In this document: one piece after another, positions 42,583 through 55,036 of the stretch
Layout of the letters: the number at the start of each line of letters is the position of its first letter
How positions within the stretch are numbered: position 1 is the first letter of the stretch
Source of the DNA: an uncultured Phycisphaerales bacterium
GTDB lineage: Bacteria > Planctomycetota > Phycisphaerae > Tepidisphaerales > Tepidisphaeraceae
Reading direction: 5' to 3'
Assembly: GCA_963758525.1 (NCBI GenBank)
Contig: CAVWVQ010000003.1
Coordinates: 2,144,001-2,208,000, forward strand
DNA: 64,000 nt
Notes under the pieces: model-generated
Told to the model about the DNA's origin: nothing
Database searches by the model: none
Seen by the model: the letters and a program-made list of their open reading frames with translations, nothing else
Translations under genes and position numbers: made by a program

Positions 42583-45517
42583 TCAGCGAGTTGTCGGCGC
42601 GGCGGCACCGACATGGCCCGCCATTGGTTCGGGCATTCTGGTCAACTGACTACGCTCGGGTGGCGACTCGACGAGTTGCGGTAATAGCGGAAACCCAGCA
42701 CCTGCGTCTCGTGCCTGCGCCTGGAAGGCATGCCACGCCCTGTCGACGGTCTGGCGGAATTCTTCGCGGAAGCGCTCGGGTGAAAACCGCTCGGCGTTCA
42801 GACGGATTGCCGCGGCGTCCCACGGGCCGGCGGCTTCGAACGCGTTGACTGCGGCAATGATGGCTTCGACGGATTGCTCGTTGAAGAATATCCCCGTCCG
42901 GCCCGGCAGAACGCTTTCGCTTACCCCGCCGGCGGAGTAGGCGATCACCGGCGTTCCGCAGGCCTGCGCCTCCACCGGCGCGATCCCGAAATCCTCCTCG
43001 GCGGCAAACACGAACGCACGGGCATGTTGCAGGTAATTGGTCAGCCGATCCTGCGGCTGATGCCCCACCATCCGCACGTTGAACGTCGCGCGGGCGTGCA
43101 GCTTTGCAAACTCGGGTCCGTCTCCGACGACCACCAGCTTCTTCTCGGGCATGCGGGCAAACGCCTCGACGATCAGATCGATCCGCTTGTAAGGCACCAG
43201 CCGCGACGCGGTCAGGTAAAAGTCGCTCTTCTCCTCGTGCAACGCAAAATGCGTGGTGTCCACCGGCGGATAGATCGTCGTGGATTCCCGGCGGTAGGTT
43301 TTGCGGATGCGCCCGCCGACGCAGTTGGAATTGGCGACAAACAGATCGACGCGGTTGGCGGAGAACGCATCCCACTGGCGGATGTAGTGAAGCAGAATGC
43401 GGGCGCCGATGGAGCGGACGGCGCTGATCAGGCCGGGCCGTTTGAGATATTGGTTCTGCAGATCCCAGGCAAAACGCGCGGGCGTGTGGCAGTAACAGAC
43501 ATGCAACTGCGTCGGCCGGCTCAGAATCCCCTTGGCGGCGACATATGAGCTGGAGATGACAATGTCATAGGCGGATACGTCAAGCTGCTCGACGGCCAGC
43601 GGCATGAGCGGGAGATAGGCCCGGTGCATGCGCCGGGCGAAGGGCATGTGCTGGAGAAAACTGGTGTGAACCGGCTTGTTGCGAATGAAGTCGCGCTGTC
43701 CGGGGGGAAGAAAGTCAAAGAGGGCGAAAACGTCAGCATCGGGATAGATCTCCAGAATCTGCTCCACCACGCGCTCGGCGCCGCCGTAGACGTAGAGAAA
43801 GTCGTGTACGAGGGCGACGCGCGGCGCCGCCCCCGGGACGCGCGGCAGCGCCGGGGAGGGCGCAGTGGGTATCGCACGGGAGACTCCCGGGGCGCTGATG
43901 GCGGGCGGTCGCGAGACGCCGCCGGAGCGCGCGGGAGGCTGGGCGAAAACGGTGGCGGGACGCCGCGAGCGTCCGCGGCGCGGGCCGATCTGGACGGGGT
44001 GATCGCCAAACGCTACGTCACCCACCTCCGCCATGTGCGCCAGCGGACCATGACTGATATCGGCAACCTGCGCGAGGCTGTGATCGACCACCAGCCGGGA
44101 GAAGAGTGCGATGCGATGGCCCGCCGATTCCAGAAAGGTCGCGGCGGCGACTTCCACTTCCGCACGGAGTGGCCCCCCGGCGCGGCGCTGATGGATGGGG
44201 AGCATCGCCTTGGCGGTTTCGCAATGATCCAGATCGCCGTCCCCGCGCCGCCAGTGGAGAATGCGCGGGGTTCCGTCGCGATTGACCAGCGGGACGGTCA
44301 GCGCGACAAAATCGAACATCTCGGCGGCGACGCAGAGCTGCGCCCACCAGGCGTCGAAAGTGGTGACGAGCTTGAAGCGCGTCTGCATTTCGTCGAAGAC
44401 GCTGCGATAGCGGCGCGATTCGCGTCCGATGGCGCGGTTGCGGCGCAGGGCGGTAAGCGTTTCGTGCAGCCGGGTTGAACCGGCGGTGCGGAAGACCAGC
44501 CCGAGCCCGACCGCCAGGACAGTCAGCGCGCCGGCCATCGCCAGGCCGCCCCAATAGAGCACCGCCAATCCGACCGCCGCGCCGATCACGGTCAACGCAT
44601 AGATCAGGAGGACGGCCTGCAACTGCGTAAGGCCCTGATCAAGGAGGTTGTGATGAATGTGACCGCGCTCGGCGGCGAAGAGGGAACGACGCTGCAGGAC
44701 AGCGCCGCACCAGCGTGAGTCCGGCGTCTGAAAGCGGAATCGACAGCGCCAGCGCCGGAACGACGATTCCCAGCGTCGTGCCGCCGTGCACGGCGCACAT
44801 GACGCTCGACGCGGCAAGCATGTAGCCGATAAACATGCTGCCGCTGTCGCCCATGAAGATTTTCGCGGGGTAGAAATTGAAGATGAGAAATCCGCTGAGG
44901 CTTCCGACCAGACAGACGCACAAGACGGCGACCACCGGATCGCTGTGAAAGCGCGAGGCGCTGATGGAGAGCACCGTGGCGGCGATCGCGACAACGCCGG
45001 CGGCCAGACCATCGAGGCCGTCGATGAAGTTGATGGCGACGGTCACCCCGACGACCCACAGAATCGTCAGCGGCCAGGATGCAAGGCCCAGATCCAGCGT
45101 GTGGTGGCTGCTGAGTTGGACGGCATGAATCCGCACGCCTGCCGCGCAGAGGGCCACCCCGGCGCCCAGCAGCGCGACCAGCTTATAGGTCGCGGGCAGA
45201 TCGAAGACGTCGTCGGCCAATCCCACCAGCGCGATGAAGAACGCGGAGCCCAGCAGTGTGGTCAGACGACTGTGATCCAGAACGTCATTGAGCCTGATAA
45301 TATCGGTGAAGAGCAGCAGCGGGACCAGCACCACGAACATGGATGAGGAGATGGCGACGCCGCCAATGCGCGGAGTGGGAAGCGCGTGAATCTTCCGCGC
45401 GTTTGGCATGTCGACGATGCCCCATCGCCGCGCCAATTGCCCCACGAGCGGGGTCAATACAACCGCAGCGAGAAACGTGCCGAAATAGCACAATGAATAG
45501 GCGGTGGTGACGCCCAT
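42583..45517 (-). CDS. WecA/MraY-family polyprenyl-P sugar-1-P transferase apparently fused to a WbaZ-like GT4; frameshift near 44705
   Basis: RKIH...PRIGG, NFIDGLDGLA, FNFYPAKIFMGDSGS, HIHH, then a continuous frame into VALVHDFLYVYGGAERV...ASRLVPYKR...EEDFGIAPVEAQACG. Confidence 0.82.
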
Positions 45518-45654
45518 AATAACTCTCTTCCAGAGCCGCCAGCGGACGTGGCGACGATCTCACGGCGCACTCCGTCCCCGTCGGTGCACGACGCTGCTCA
45601 GTATGACCCCAATCTGGCGTTTGACAACCGGTCATTAAACGCCAAAGGAGTCTG

Positions 45655-48256
45655 CTATGGTCCGTGGGCGTCGTCGCGATGCGACTCCGCGTCGGAAATC
45701 AATTGCTCCGCGCCGGGAAAATGCGGCTGCAGCCGCAGGCAAATTGATGCTTCCTCGACCGCTTCGCGGGAGCGACCGGCGGCGAGGAGGGCCCTGGCGA
45801 GATTCATCCGCCAATCTGAGCGATCATACTCTTTAACCAACGCGTGCTGATAATATTCGATCTCCCGGTTCAGATCATGTTCAGAACCGTATATCGCGGC
45901 GAGCGCTGCCAGATCGGCGCCGGAGGCGTCGGGGTTTTCACATGCGGATTCGAGTTGCGAACGGCGCAAGGCCGTGGACCTGACCTTTGTTTCGGACGCG
46001 AGCTTTGCAAAATCCGCACGATCGGTTTCCGCTAGCAGAAGCTGAACAATCTCATCCAGGCGGTCGGGATTGTCCCCCGCCAGTTGAATCGCCAGGTCGG
46101 GTCGCTTTGCCTCGTGCACCAGAATTGACAGAACATTGGCGGGCACAATGGGCGGCGGCGGCTGGCCCTCCAGCGTGAGATAATGGCGGCACACCGCCAG
46201 GGCGCTCGGCAGATCGCCAATCTTGACGAACATCGAAGCCGCGATCTCTGCCACCCATGGGTTGTTACGGGCAGTTTCGTTGGAAATTCGGATGGCGTCC
46301 GCTCCGCGCGGATCGTCCAGGACCTGGAAGGAAATCATGCCACCCAGCGATGCCGGCAGCCCGTAGGTCGGACAGAGCCGGCGAGTGGCGTTGAAGTCGT
46401 CGACGAGGCGTTTGAGTATGCTGCGATCAGCTTCGCTGAAGGCATCGTCCGGCAAATGGGGATCGTGCCGGCGAAGCACTTCGTTCCATTGATAGAGTCC
46501 GAGCCAGTAGCGGTACTCGACGTTCTCCGGGTCGATTTGTGCGGCCGACCATGCGGAATTGGTCATGCGGGCATAGGTGGAGTCTGACCCCTGCCACCCG
46601 TTCTTGATGACCGGCTCAGCAACGCGCTGAGCATCCAGATATGCCGCGGTGGAACGGCGCGAACGATCCGCGGCGAGCAGCCCCCAGGCAAATACAGCTA
46701 AGACCGATGCCAGCAAGGCCCAGCGTGCCGCCGTGTGCAGATACGCTGGTTGAGGCGAAAACACGGGCGGTTCCGCAGGGTCGTGGCGTCCGCGGTGATG
46801 AAGGCGGGCGATCGAAACGATGAGAGACAGCACGATCGAAAATAAAATCGCGTCCGCCAACAGGTGTTGGCCGAAGTCGGCGCAGCTCTGGATATTGACC
46901 GCGAGAACCGCCAGTCCCAACCCGTAGACTGCAGCGTGGAGCGGGCGCTCCGGACGCCGAACAAGTCGGGAAATGGTCGCCCAGATCATTGCCAGGAAGC
47001 AGATCACCAGAGAGAGCCCGGCGACGCCGGTTTCTTCCAGCATCTGCGCAAATTCGTTCTCGGCGTGCGTGTAGTTGTAGATGGACGGGAAGCTGATGAA
47101 TGAGGGATAGACCCACATGTGAGTCCCCAGGCCGGTTCCAAAAACGGGGAAACTCCGCCATTCGACCAGAATATCCTTCACCATCTGCCATCGCCCGCCG
47201 GAGACCTGCACCGGGTGGCGAAGGGTGACCAGGCGGCTGGTGAACGATTCAAATCCCGCCATCAGAATGAGCGTGAAAACAACCGCCGCCAGCGACAGCG
47301 CTGTCCAACCTGCCTTGGTCCGGCCCCAGCGTCGCCCGACGGGGATCAACGCCGCGCACAGCGCAACCGTCAGCGCTAAAGCTCCGCCGCGGCTCCTCGA
47401 CAAATAAACGCTCGCAATGCCGATGGCGACAAAAGCTCCGAGGCAGATCAAGCCGATCGTTTCGCGTTGGAGCATGCCGCCGTTGGGCGCAATCCGCGGC
47501 TTGTGCCCAGCGCCTTTCCTCCAGCAGAACCAGCAGCAGGGCAATCCCGCAACCCACCATCACGTTCATGAACTGACAGTAGGTATTGTAGTGGATGAAG
47601 GGGCCGGCGGTCGCCTTTCGAATGTATGCGTCTTCAAGTATCCAGTAGACCTTGTCCGTCCCGCTGACGTCCTGCGCCAGTGCCAGAAGGCTTACCAATC
47701 CTCCCACGACACAGAGACCCGCCAGCAGACGCTTCACGCGACGGCTGGTGCTGAAGACATTCAGGCAGACGATATAGATCGCCACGATTGCCAGCAGGAG
47801 CCGAAGGTCGTGAAGCGTGGCCCAGGAATAGAAGCTGATCGGCATGGTGCGCGGGGGCGACGCGGAGATGTCGGAGAGAAGATGGGTCTTGAGAGCGACG
47901 GTTCCGGGTGAGAGAAAACGGATCACCCCCAGCGGCAGCGGCAATAGCTGGAAGCAAACCAGGAGCAGAAACAGCGCGATGGGAACGTAGGTCCACGACC
48001 AGATGAACGGCGTTTGGGGATAAAGCAGGAGCTTGAGGCAAAAGCAAATCGTCGTGAGAGCCACGACCGCGATGACGATTTGCTCGCTCCACGGCTCAAC
48101 TGCGCCGAACGCGGCAGGCGCGAACAGCGCCAATCCGATTAACAGCAGTTCAATGGTACGGTCGAAGAGCGTGTCGCTGCTGCCCGGCGGATCAACCGCC
48201 CCGGCGCGGCGGTGGTGATGGCGCGGCGAGCTCGGCGCCGCTATCCTGCTCGACAT
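45655..48256 (-). CDS. O-antigen ligase / oligosaccharyltransferase-like membrane protein with C-terminal TPRs; frameshift near 47510
   Basis: FGAVEPWS, GPFIHYN, SRSRGG, FGTGLGT, HAENEFAQMLEETG, TPR-like helices. Confidence 0.85.
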
Positions 48257-48338
48257 TGCACGCACCTTTTCCCACGCAATCCCTCTCAACCCTCACCAAC
48301 AGCAGCATGCGGATCGGTCACTTGCCGCGGCCTCGAAG

Positions 48339-50699
48339 TCAGGTCAAATCCCCATTGTGCGCAGCTTCGGCTTCCACGGCCGGCTCCGCGCCGTTGACCG
48401 GTCCTGCGGCATCCTTTTCCGGAGTTGATCGGCTCTTGTGACCGCCATAACCGTATTGGTAATAGCCGGCGTCGTAATAGCCCCGGCCGCGCGACAGACC
48501 ATTGATCAGGACACCGAGAATGTTGGTCCCCACACTCTGCAAAACATCACGGGCGAACACGCTGACCTTGCGGGTCGATTTCTCGGCGCGAACGACAAAG
48601 ACGGTGGCATCGCAGACTGCTCCCAGAATGCGGGCGTCGGTCACAGGCATGACCGGAGGAGAGTCTACGACGACATGGTCATATCGCTTGCTCAGCTCCT
48701 GCAGCAGATCGGCAAATGCCTGGCTATTGAGGATTTCAGCCGGATGTGACGGGGTCGGACCGCAGGGAAGCAGATCCACGCCCTTGATTCCCGTCGGCTT
48801 GATCGCCTGCTGGAGCGTGGCGGAGCCGTTCAAAACGTTGGTGCAACCGATCACGTTTTCCTGCTCGAAAATGCGATGCTGATTGGGCCGGCGGAAGTCC
48901 GCATCGAGAATCAGCGTCTTCTGGCCCGCCTGCGCCATTACGATTGCCAGGTTGCTGGCAGCAGTTGACTTGCCGTCGCCGGGAAGCGGCGAAGTGACCA
49001 GCAGCGTCTTTGCCTGCGAGTCGGGCATGCCGAAATAAATTGCCGTGCGAATCGCGCGACAAGCTTCGGCGAAATCGGAAACCGGCTGCAGATGTGCCTT
49101 TTGTCCGCGAACGTTGATCGCCTCGCGCCCGGAGATCTGCGGTACAGCGCCCAGGATCGGCAGATTGAGGCTGCTTCCCACGTCTTCCGCGGAGCGAAAG
49201 CGCTGGTCCATCCAGCCGTTGAGGAAGGCAAGACCAAGTCCAAGACTCAGGCCCAGCATCAGCGCGATACCGATCGTCTTGGGCTTCTGCGGCTTGCTCG
49301 GGGCAATCGCCGGCCGGCCCACTTCCAGGATCGAGATGTTCATCGAGAGCTGAGAGTCCTGGCCGATGTGAAGCTCCTTCATGCGAGAATCGAGCGCATT
49401 GCACAAATCTTCGGCTCGATGAAAATCCGCCACCAGCAACGCGTAGGCGGCCGCTTTGTTATTACTGGCGATCGCGCGTGCACGCTGCGCGTCGTAGCTC
49501 TTGCCAAACGACTCCTGAAGCGACTGAGCCTTGGTCTCCGACAGGCGCCAGCGCGATTCGGCCGTGCCGAGATACGAGTCGGCAAAGCTCTTTTCCGCGG
49601 GTGTCATCGAACGTCCGCCAACCCCCCGCGACGCGGTCGCTCCCATCGCGCCCAACTGCGCTTCCACGCGGGCGATCTGGCGCTGCACCCGCTGCACGTC
49701 GGGATGATCTGGAAGCAGCCGCAAACGAAGATCGTCGAGCTGCGCCTGCAATGCGTTCCATTCGGCGCGAAGCTGAGCCTCTTCGGGATTGATCGATTGC
49801 GCCGAATCATTGAATGCTGCAGCCGGATTGCTCATCAACCGCTCGGCCGCCATCAACTGCCGCAGTTTGACCGGATCGGAGACGTAGGTTTTGGCCATCA
49901 GATAGCTGGCGTGGTCCTCGGCTTCGCTGAGCTGCGCGGCCGTCAGGGCGGCGTTGATCCCGCTCAGTTGCTGCACTTCGACGCTCTGGTTGTTGTCGCC
50001 GTGCTCGTCGAGCTGCACATCGCTGTTCTGCTCGCGATATGCAAGCATCGCCTGCATCTTCTGGTCGCGCTCTTTTTCCCGGTCCTGAAATTCATTTTCC
50101 AGAATCTTGAGGACTTCGCCCGTAGTCGACTTCCGCGCCTCAGCAGTGTAGGTCTGGTATGCATCGACGATCGCATTCACCGCCTGGGCAGCGTCTTCCG
50201 GCGAGGGGGATTCGCACGACACCGTGATGATATCGTTCATCTTCCCCAATTCGACAGCCAAAGAGCCCTTTAGCACGCTGACGGGACTGTCGCTCATCTC
50301 AAACGATCGGACGTGACGACTCCGCAACTGGTCGGCGGCGATGTTCAGGATGGAGCTGGACTTGATGATCTCAACCTGCGTGGCCAGGTAATAGGCGTCC
50401 TGCGGGCCGTTCTGCGAAACCCCGTCATTGTTCAAATACTTCGGTGTGCTCTGGGCCACGTAGATTGACGACGAACTCGAATACAGCGGTGTGGTGCTTT
50501 GCAGATAAAGCACTGCGGCTCCAACGGCCACCACGACCGATGCGAGGATGATCCAACGTCCGCGCCAGAAAATTTCCAGCAATTCTCCCTTGGAGCCCTC
50601 GGTCGCGCTTGGGGGCATCTGCCCCTGAGCCTCTGAGGCTTCGCGAGGCTTGCTGGGATAGATGGACTCGCTTGTGTTGACCTCGCCGAACGTATCCAC
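48339..50699 (-). CDS. wzc: Wzc-type polysaccharide co-polymerase / tyrosine autokinase
   Basis: Two TM segments with coiled coil, TSPLPGDGKS Walker A, DADFRRP, VDSPP, Tyr-rich tail GYYDAGYYQYGY; GGAGGA RBS before GTG 50699. Confidence 0.92.
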   Translation of the reverse strand: MDTFGEVNTSESIYPSKPREASEAQGQMPPSATEGSKGELLEIFWRGRWIILASVVVAVGAAVLYLQSTTPLYSSSSSIYVAQSTPKYLNNDGVSQNGPQDAYYLATQVEIIKSSSILNIAADQLRSRHVRSFEMSDSPVSVLKGSLAVELGKMNDIITVSCESPSPEDAAQAVNAIVDAYQTYTAEARKSTTGEVLKILENEFQDREKERDQKMQAMLAYREQNSDVQLDEHGDNNQSVEVQQLSGINAALTAAQLSEAEDHASYLMAKTYVSDPVKLRQLMAAERLMSNPAAAFNDSAQSINPEEAQLRAEWNALQAQLDDLRLRLLPDHPDVQRVQRQIARVEAQLGAMGATASRGVGGRSMTPAEKSFADSYLGTAESRWRLSETKAQSLQESFGKSYDAQRARAIASNNKAAAYALLVADFHRAEDLCNALDSRMKELHIGQDSQLSMNISILEVGRPAIAPSKPQKPKTIGIALMLGLSLGLGLAFLNGWMDQRFRSAEDVGSSLNLPILGAVPQISGREAINVRGQKAHLQPVSDFAEACRAIRTAIYFGMPDSQAKTLLVTSPLPGDGKSTAASNLAIVMAQAGQKTLILDADFRRPNQHRIFEQENVIGCTNVLNGSATLQQAIKPTGIKGVDLLPCGPTPSHPAEILNSQAFADLLQELSKRYDHVVVDSPPVMPVTDARILGAVCDATVFVVRAEKSTRKVSVFARDVLQSVGTNILGVLINGLSRGRGYYDAGYYQYGYGGHKSRSTPEKDAAGPVNGAEPAVEAEAAHNGDLT

Positions 50700-51168
50700 G
50701 CTTATCCTCCAAAGGCGCTGTCCGCGCAAAAGTACTTCCGGATCAAGATTCAGGATTGATGTGCGAATTTCCGCCGCTACTACTCTACGTCGTGAAGCGG
50801 GCGAGGTGCGAAAAAAACGATTTCACGGCGAAATAAAAATTGGCTCGGAAGTCAGGTCTGACCATTCCGAGCCAATGAGATTTCAAGAATGTTGTATCGG
50901 TCCTTAGCCTTACATCGAAGGCTGCCGCAACATTATCGGACCGACGCACAGGCAGTCGGCTCCATAATCCAACACTAGTGTGTCGGGTTTGTTCCGGTAC
51001 CCGGATCACCCGTGCCGCCGCCAGTGTGCAGGCCGGCAAGGCTTTTCTGGGCTGAAACGAACAACACTGCCGCAACTACCAAAAGAATCCACTTAGATAC
51101 CTTCATGATGAATCTCCAATGTTCCGTTATCGTCTTTCAATGACGGGATTTTCCCAAAATTTTCGACA

Positions 51169-52071
51169 TCAGGCAACAACTGCGAAACGGCGGGTGCGAC
51201 GCCCGAGCAGAGCAACTCCTGCGACACCCAAAAGGCCCAAGCTGGCAGGCTCGGGAACTGACGAAGCACCGGTCGCCGTGATGACATAGTTGTCAAAGGC
51301 GGCAGTTGCGCTCGTCGGATCGGTCCCGCCCGTGCTGCCACCAAAGAGGTAGCCGGCATAGAAGCTTGATGCGGAGAAAGTGCTGCTGTACATGGCGCTG
51401 ACTGGCCCGCTGACGGTCTCGGTAACGCTGCCGGTTGTGAAATTAAGGGCAACGGTCAAATGAGCGTAGGTGCCAGCCGCAAGTGTCGGATCGCCGGCGA
51501 AGATGTTGTATCCGGTCGTGGGGTCGAGCAGAACCAGTTCGCCCGAAGTCGCGTCAACGCCAACGCCACCGAGCAAAGCCGCGCCGTTATTGCCAACCAA
51601 CCTGAGGCCCAGGAAAGGCCCGTCGACGGTGGACGGGTCCGCCCCGGTGCTGGTGTAGGAAATATCAGTGCTGACGGTCACAAGCGGTCCATCGATGGCA
51701 ACAATATTGTTGCCAGGCGTCGCCAGCGGGGGCACCGCGTACAGGGGCGAATAACCCACGTCCCCGTCCGCGGCAGTCCAAGTAACAACCGCAGCGTTAT
51801 TGGTCGCATCACCGACCGTGACGCCAGTTCCTGCACCAGCGGTGACAGTCGAGTGTGCGGTGGTGGAATTCGTGCCCAAGCTGCCAAACGCCTGTCCGGC
51901 AGCGGGCTGATTGTAAAGATTTGAACCGGTCGTGTAACCGGCGGTGCTCGAGAAACTGTTGCTGTCAAAGACAGTAGTCGCACGCGCGGTCTGTGTCGAC
52001 AACGACCCGATAGCCAAAGCGGCGGCAGCCATCAGGGCCGACCGACGAACCATTCGTTGAATCCTAAGCAT
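51169..52071 (-). CDS. PEP-CTERM sorting domain protein
   Basis: Signal peptide, Thr/Ser/Gly/Ala-rich body, C-terminal VPEPASLGLLGVAGVALLGRRTRR. Confidence 0.93.
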   Translation of the reverse strand: MLRIQRMVRRSALMAAAALAIGSLSTQTARATTVFDSNSFSSTAGYTTGSNLYNQPAAGQAFGSLGTNSTTAHSTVTAGAGTGVTVGDATNNAAVVTWTAADGDVGYSPLYAVPPLATPGNNIVAIDGPLVTVSTDISYTSTGADPSTVDGPFLGLRLVGNNGAALLGGVGVDATSGELVLLDPTTGYNIFAGDPTLAAGTYAHLTVALNFTTGSVTETVSGPVSAMYSSTFSASSFYAGYLFGGSTGGTDPTSATAAFDNYVITATGASSVPEPASLGLLGVAGVALLGRRTRRFAVVA

Positions 52072-52379
52072 TAACGCCTCCAAGAAAGGCGAGACACGCT
52101 CGCCGACTTCGTGCATTTCAGACCCATTCGACCCCAAAATCAGCCGGGCACACGCCACAACCGAGTTTTGCCGCGAAAGAAACCTAGAAGACACCATCCA
52201 TCGGCGCCTGCAATCTTTTCGCAGCCATTGACATTAGTTAAATTACTCGAAGCTGAAACAAAAGCAAGGAAAAAGCTTTAAAATTTTCTGTGGTGCCTTT
52301 GACTAGACATCCCACTCAGAACGAGGCGGGTTATCGCTGGTAAATACTTATAGATCATTTAGATAACAATTAAGTTGCG

Positions 52380-53033
52380 CTACCCCGCATTGGTCGTCGG
52401 CGGGGTATGCGGCAAGGGGAAGCGCGCTTCTAACGGAGAACGAAGTACACCAGACCGTTCCAAATGGTATTGGTAAGTTTCCCATTTTCCCTGCTCCGCG
52501 TAGATGGTCGCCAATAACGCGTGAGCCGTTTCGTTGGTCGGCTCGGATTCGACGACCCTCAGCAGATTCTGCTCTGCCCGCTCCACCATCACAGGCGTTC
52601 GCGACGGAGCCGCGAGCAATTGTTGCGCGACGAACAGCCGCGCCGGCACATACCCTGGCCGATCTGACGGGGTGAGCCGCGCGAACAATTCCGCAGCCTC
52701 GCGCTGCCGCCCCACCCCCGCCAGACTCACCGCCAATCCGAATTCATTGGCCGGGTCCTCCGGCTCGTCCGCCAGGAGGCGCTGGTAGCAAACGGTCGCC
52801 AGCGAAAAATCACGGTCCGCCATCGCGTGCTCTCCCAATTCGCGGTACCAGGGAAGAACGTCGTTTGGAGACCGCGAGGCAATGATCGCCGCCAGCGCCA
52901 CACTGGTGGTAAGCGCAATGATTGCCGGTGCGGCCGCGAGCCATCGCCAAACCGCGGATCCCCCGCGCGGCGCATTCTCCACCCGGATTGCGCGGCGGCG
53001 CGGCGCGGGGGAAGGTCTGTTTACCTCAGTCAC
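52380..53033 (-). CDS. Membrane-anchored TPR protein
   Basis: One TM segment then TPR-like helices; overlaps the exosortase stop. Confidence 0.75.
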   Translation of the reverse strand: MTEVNRPSPAPRRRAIRVENAPRGGSAVWRWLAAAPAIIALTTSVALAAIIASRSPNDVLPWYRELGEHAMADRDFSLATVCYQRLLADEPEDPANEFGLAVSLAGVGRQREAAELFARLTPSDRPGYVPARLFVAQQLLAAPSRTPVMVERAEQNLLRVVESEPTNETAHALLATIYAEQGKWETYQYHLERSGVLRSPLEARFPLPHTPPTTNAG

Positions 53034-54790
53034 TTTGCCTCCACCTGCTGAACCAGTTGTCTGGCAAATTCCGCGCGGGTCGCCAGAAAAAGACTTTCGA
53101 TCTGCTTCTTCTCGTCAGCTCCGGGCGCCTGGAACCCCTGAGCCAGCACCTGCACCTGGTATGCCTGCGGCGCCTTGGCTCGCTGATAGGAGAAATACAT
53201 CGCCAGCCTCAGTCCCCGCACGTCTCCGATGGTGTCGGCGGTGAGCCACCGCCCCTGTTCGTCGCAACATCCGTATAACAGATACGCGTATGCCGGCGAC
53301 GGCCGGTCCATCTCCATCTCCATATAGGCGCCGTCGGCCCCACTCACGTCTGATTTGCCCCGAGGAGTAGCGCGTGCGAGCTGCCAACCGGACGCCTGAT
53401 AACATGTTGCCAGCTCGTGGTACCCCGGAAACGGGTAGTCGAATGCGATCAGGACGCTGTGCGACCCCCGCCGGTAGTTCCAAATGGACGAATATTGCCC
53501 AAGCACTTCCGGCCGTCCGATGACCTGCTCGCTCCCTTCCACGCGTTCCCAGCCGGCGAGGGTCGCCGGCAGGTTGAACCTGGCCGACGCACCCAGACTC
53601 GGAGCCACCCAAAGTCCAGCGACGCGATACTCCGCAAATCCGCCGAGTAGCGCAAACGCCCCGGCAGCACACCAAGCCAGCGCGACAAAATACCTTCCGC
53701 CGGTCCTCCTTGAGACGGTGAGAGTGGAGGCCGTTTTGGCGCTCGACGCTGATTTGCGCCCGCTGCTGCTGCCCCCCCCGTGATTATTTAGGGAAGAGGC
53801 GGGCATTGGCGCTGGGTCATTTGACTTGGACGTCGCGCCGTTCTCGTCGCTGGCCCGGCGCCCGGGGCTGAGGATGTCGAGGAACTGATCCAGACTTGCC
53901 GCCAGCCCGATGCAGATAAGAAACAGCACCAGACCTAAAAGCTCGTGGGCAGATCCGGAGAGGATGTCGATCTTCCAGTCGATGATCAGATACGCCCCCA
54001 GGGCGATTCGGAGGATATTGGCCCATACTACAAAGATGATTGAACAGATCATCAGTGCCGCGATCCGCCACGCCGGCCTGCGCCAATAGAAACCGAGCAT
54101 CAGCGTCACCGCAACAACGGCCATGAGCGAATGAATTCCGCTGCAGGCGTCTTCAACGCCGAGACGATGCCCGGAGATATTGATGAGCGTTCCGGTCAGC
54201 ACGTGAGGAATCTGCACGAGGTCGAGCACACGTCCGCTGGCCCAGACTGCCCATTGCCGCAGCGTCAGGGCGATCGTCTCGTCCTTCTTCATCGGCGGCG
54301 GAATGATCGTCAGCAGCAGCACGAGGGAGGGCGACACCACGCGCAACAGCCTGAATCCGCCGATCCAGCAGACGCAGCCCGCCAGGGCCAGCCATGCCGA
54401 GACCCCGCCGAGCCAGCGGACCAGAAAGAGCACGCCCGCCGCCAGCGCGAGAAATGCGAGGGCCAGCACGATTGCGCCGACGACGCGCGATCTGCCATCC
54501 TGCTCGATGGCAGGCGCGTCTCGCAGCCGGTCCCAGGCCAAATATGCCGCGCCAATCAGAATCAGCGGGAAAAAGTCATATTGCGGGCGCGTCCACAAAT
54601 CGGCGAAGAACTTGATCAACAGCGGCAGCTCGCCGAGCAAAACGCAGAGCGTCAGCAGCGCATTTAGATCCCACCGCCCCGGCCACGGCGCTGTTCGACC
54701 CCGGTGCTGGCATTGATCGTGGACAATGGTATCTGGCCCTCCGCGGCGTTGGGCGCACCGCTCGCCGCGCGCACGGCCTGCCTGCCGCAT
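53030..54790 (-). CDS. Exosortase with C-terminal EpsI-like domain (possibly XrtU type); start uncertain
   Basis: LWTRPQY, VEDACSGIHSL (Cys), ANILR (Arg), AHELLG (His); C-terminal HELATCYQASGW. Confidence 0.9.
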   Translation of the reverse strand: MRQAGRARGERCAQRRGGPDTIVHDQCQHRGRTAPWPGRWDLNALLTLCVLLGELPLLIKFFADLWTRPQYDFFPLILIGAAYLAWDRLRDAPAIEQDGRSRVVGAIVLALAFLALAAGVLFLVRWLGGVSAWLALAGCVCWIGGFRLLRVVSPSLVLLLTIIPPPMKKDETIALTLRQWAVWASGRVLDLVQIPHVLTGTLINISGHRLGVEDACSGIHSLMAVVAVTLMLGFYWRRPAWRIAALMICSIIFVVWANILRIALGAYLIIDWKIDILSGSAHELLGLVLFLICIGLAASLDQFLDILSPGRRASDENGATSKSNDPAPMPASSLNNHGGGSSSGRKSASSAKTASTLTVSRRTGGRYFVALAWCAAGAFALLGGFAEYRVAGLWVAPSLGASARFNLPATLAGWERVEGSEQVIGRPEVLGQYSSIWNYRRGSHSVLIAFDYPFPGYHELATCYQASGWQLARATPRGKSDVSGADGAYMEMEMDRPSPAYAYLLYGCCDEQGRWLTADTIGDVRGLRLAMYFSYQRAKAPQAYQVQVLAQGFQAPGADEKKQIESLFLATRAEFARQLVQQVEAK

Positions 54791-55036
54791 GGTAACTACT
54801 TATTATCGGACAGCTCAGCGCATACCTCGAAGATGCGCAGTTTCAAGCATCCCCGATTTTCAGAGGCCTATCATCCAATATTGTAGTGCGGGCATCCAGC
54901 CTGCCCTCTTGTCTTCGCAAACCCAGTTTGCTGCTTCTCCTGGCGAATACTTGACACGTGTTGCAACGCGGCTATTTTTTGGCGGCGGAGTCTGACGACC
55001 GCGCAGGTGCGCCGGTTGCTTTCACTAAGGAAATTC

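Noticed and set aside
50730..51160. ops/JUMPstart element or sigma-54 promoter ahead of wzc
   Set aside because: No exact GGCGGTAG or TGGCAC-N5-TTGC match found.
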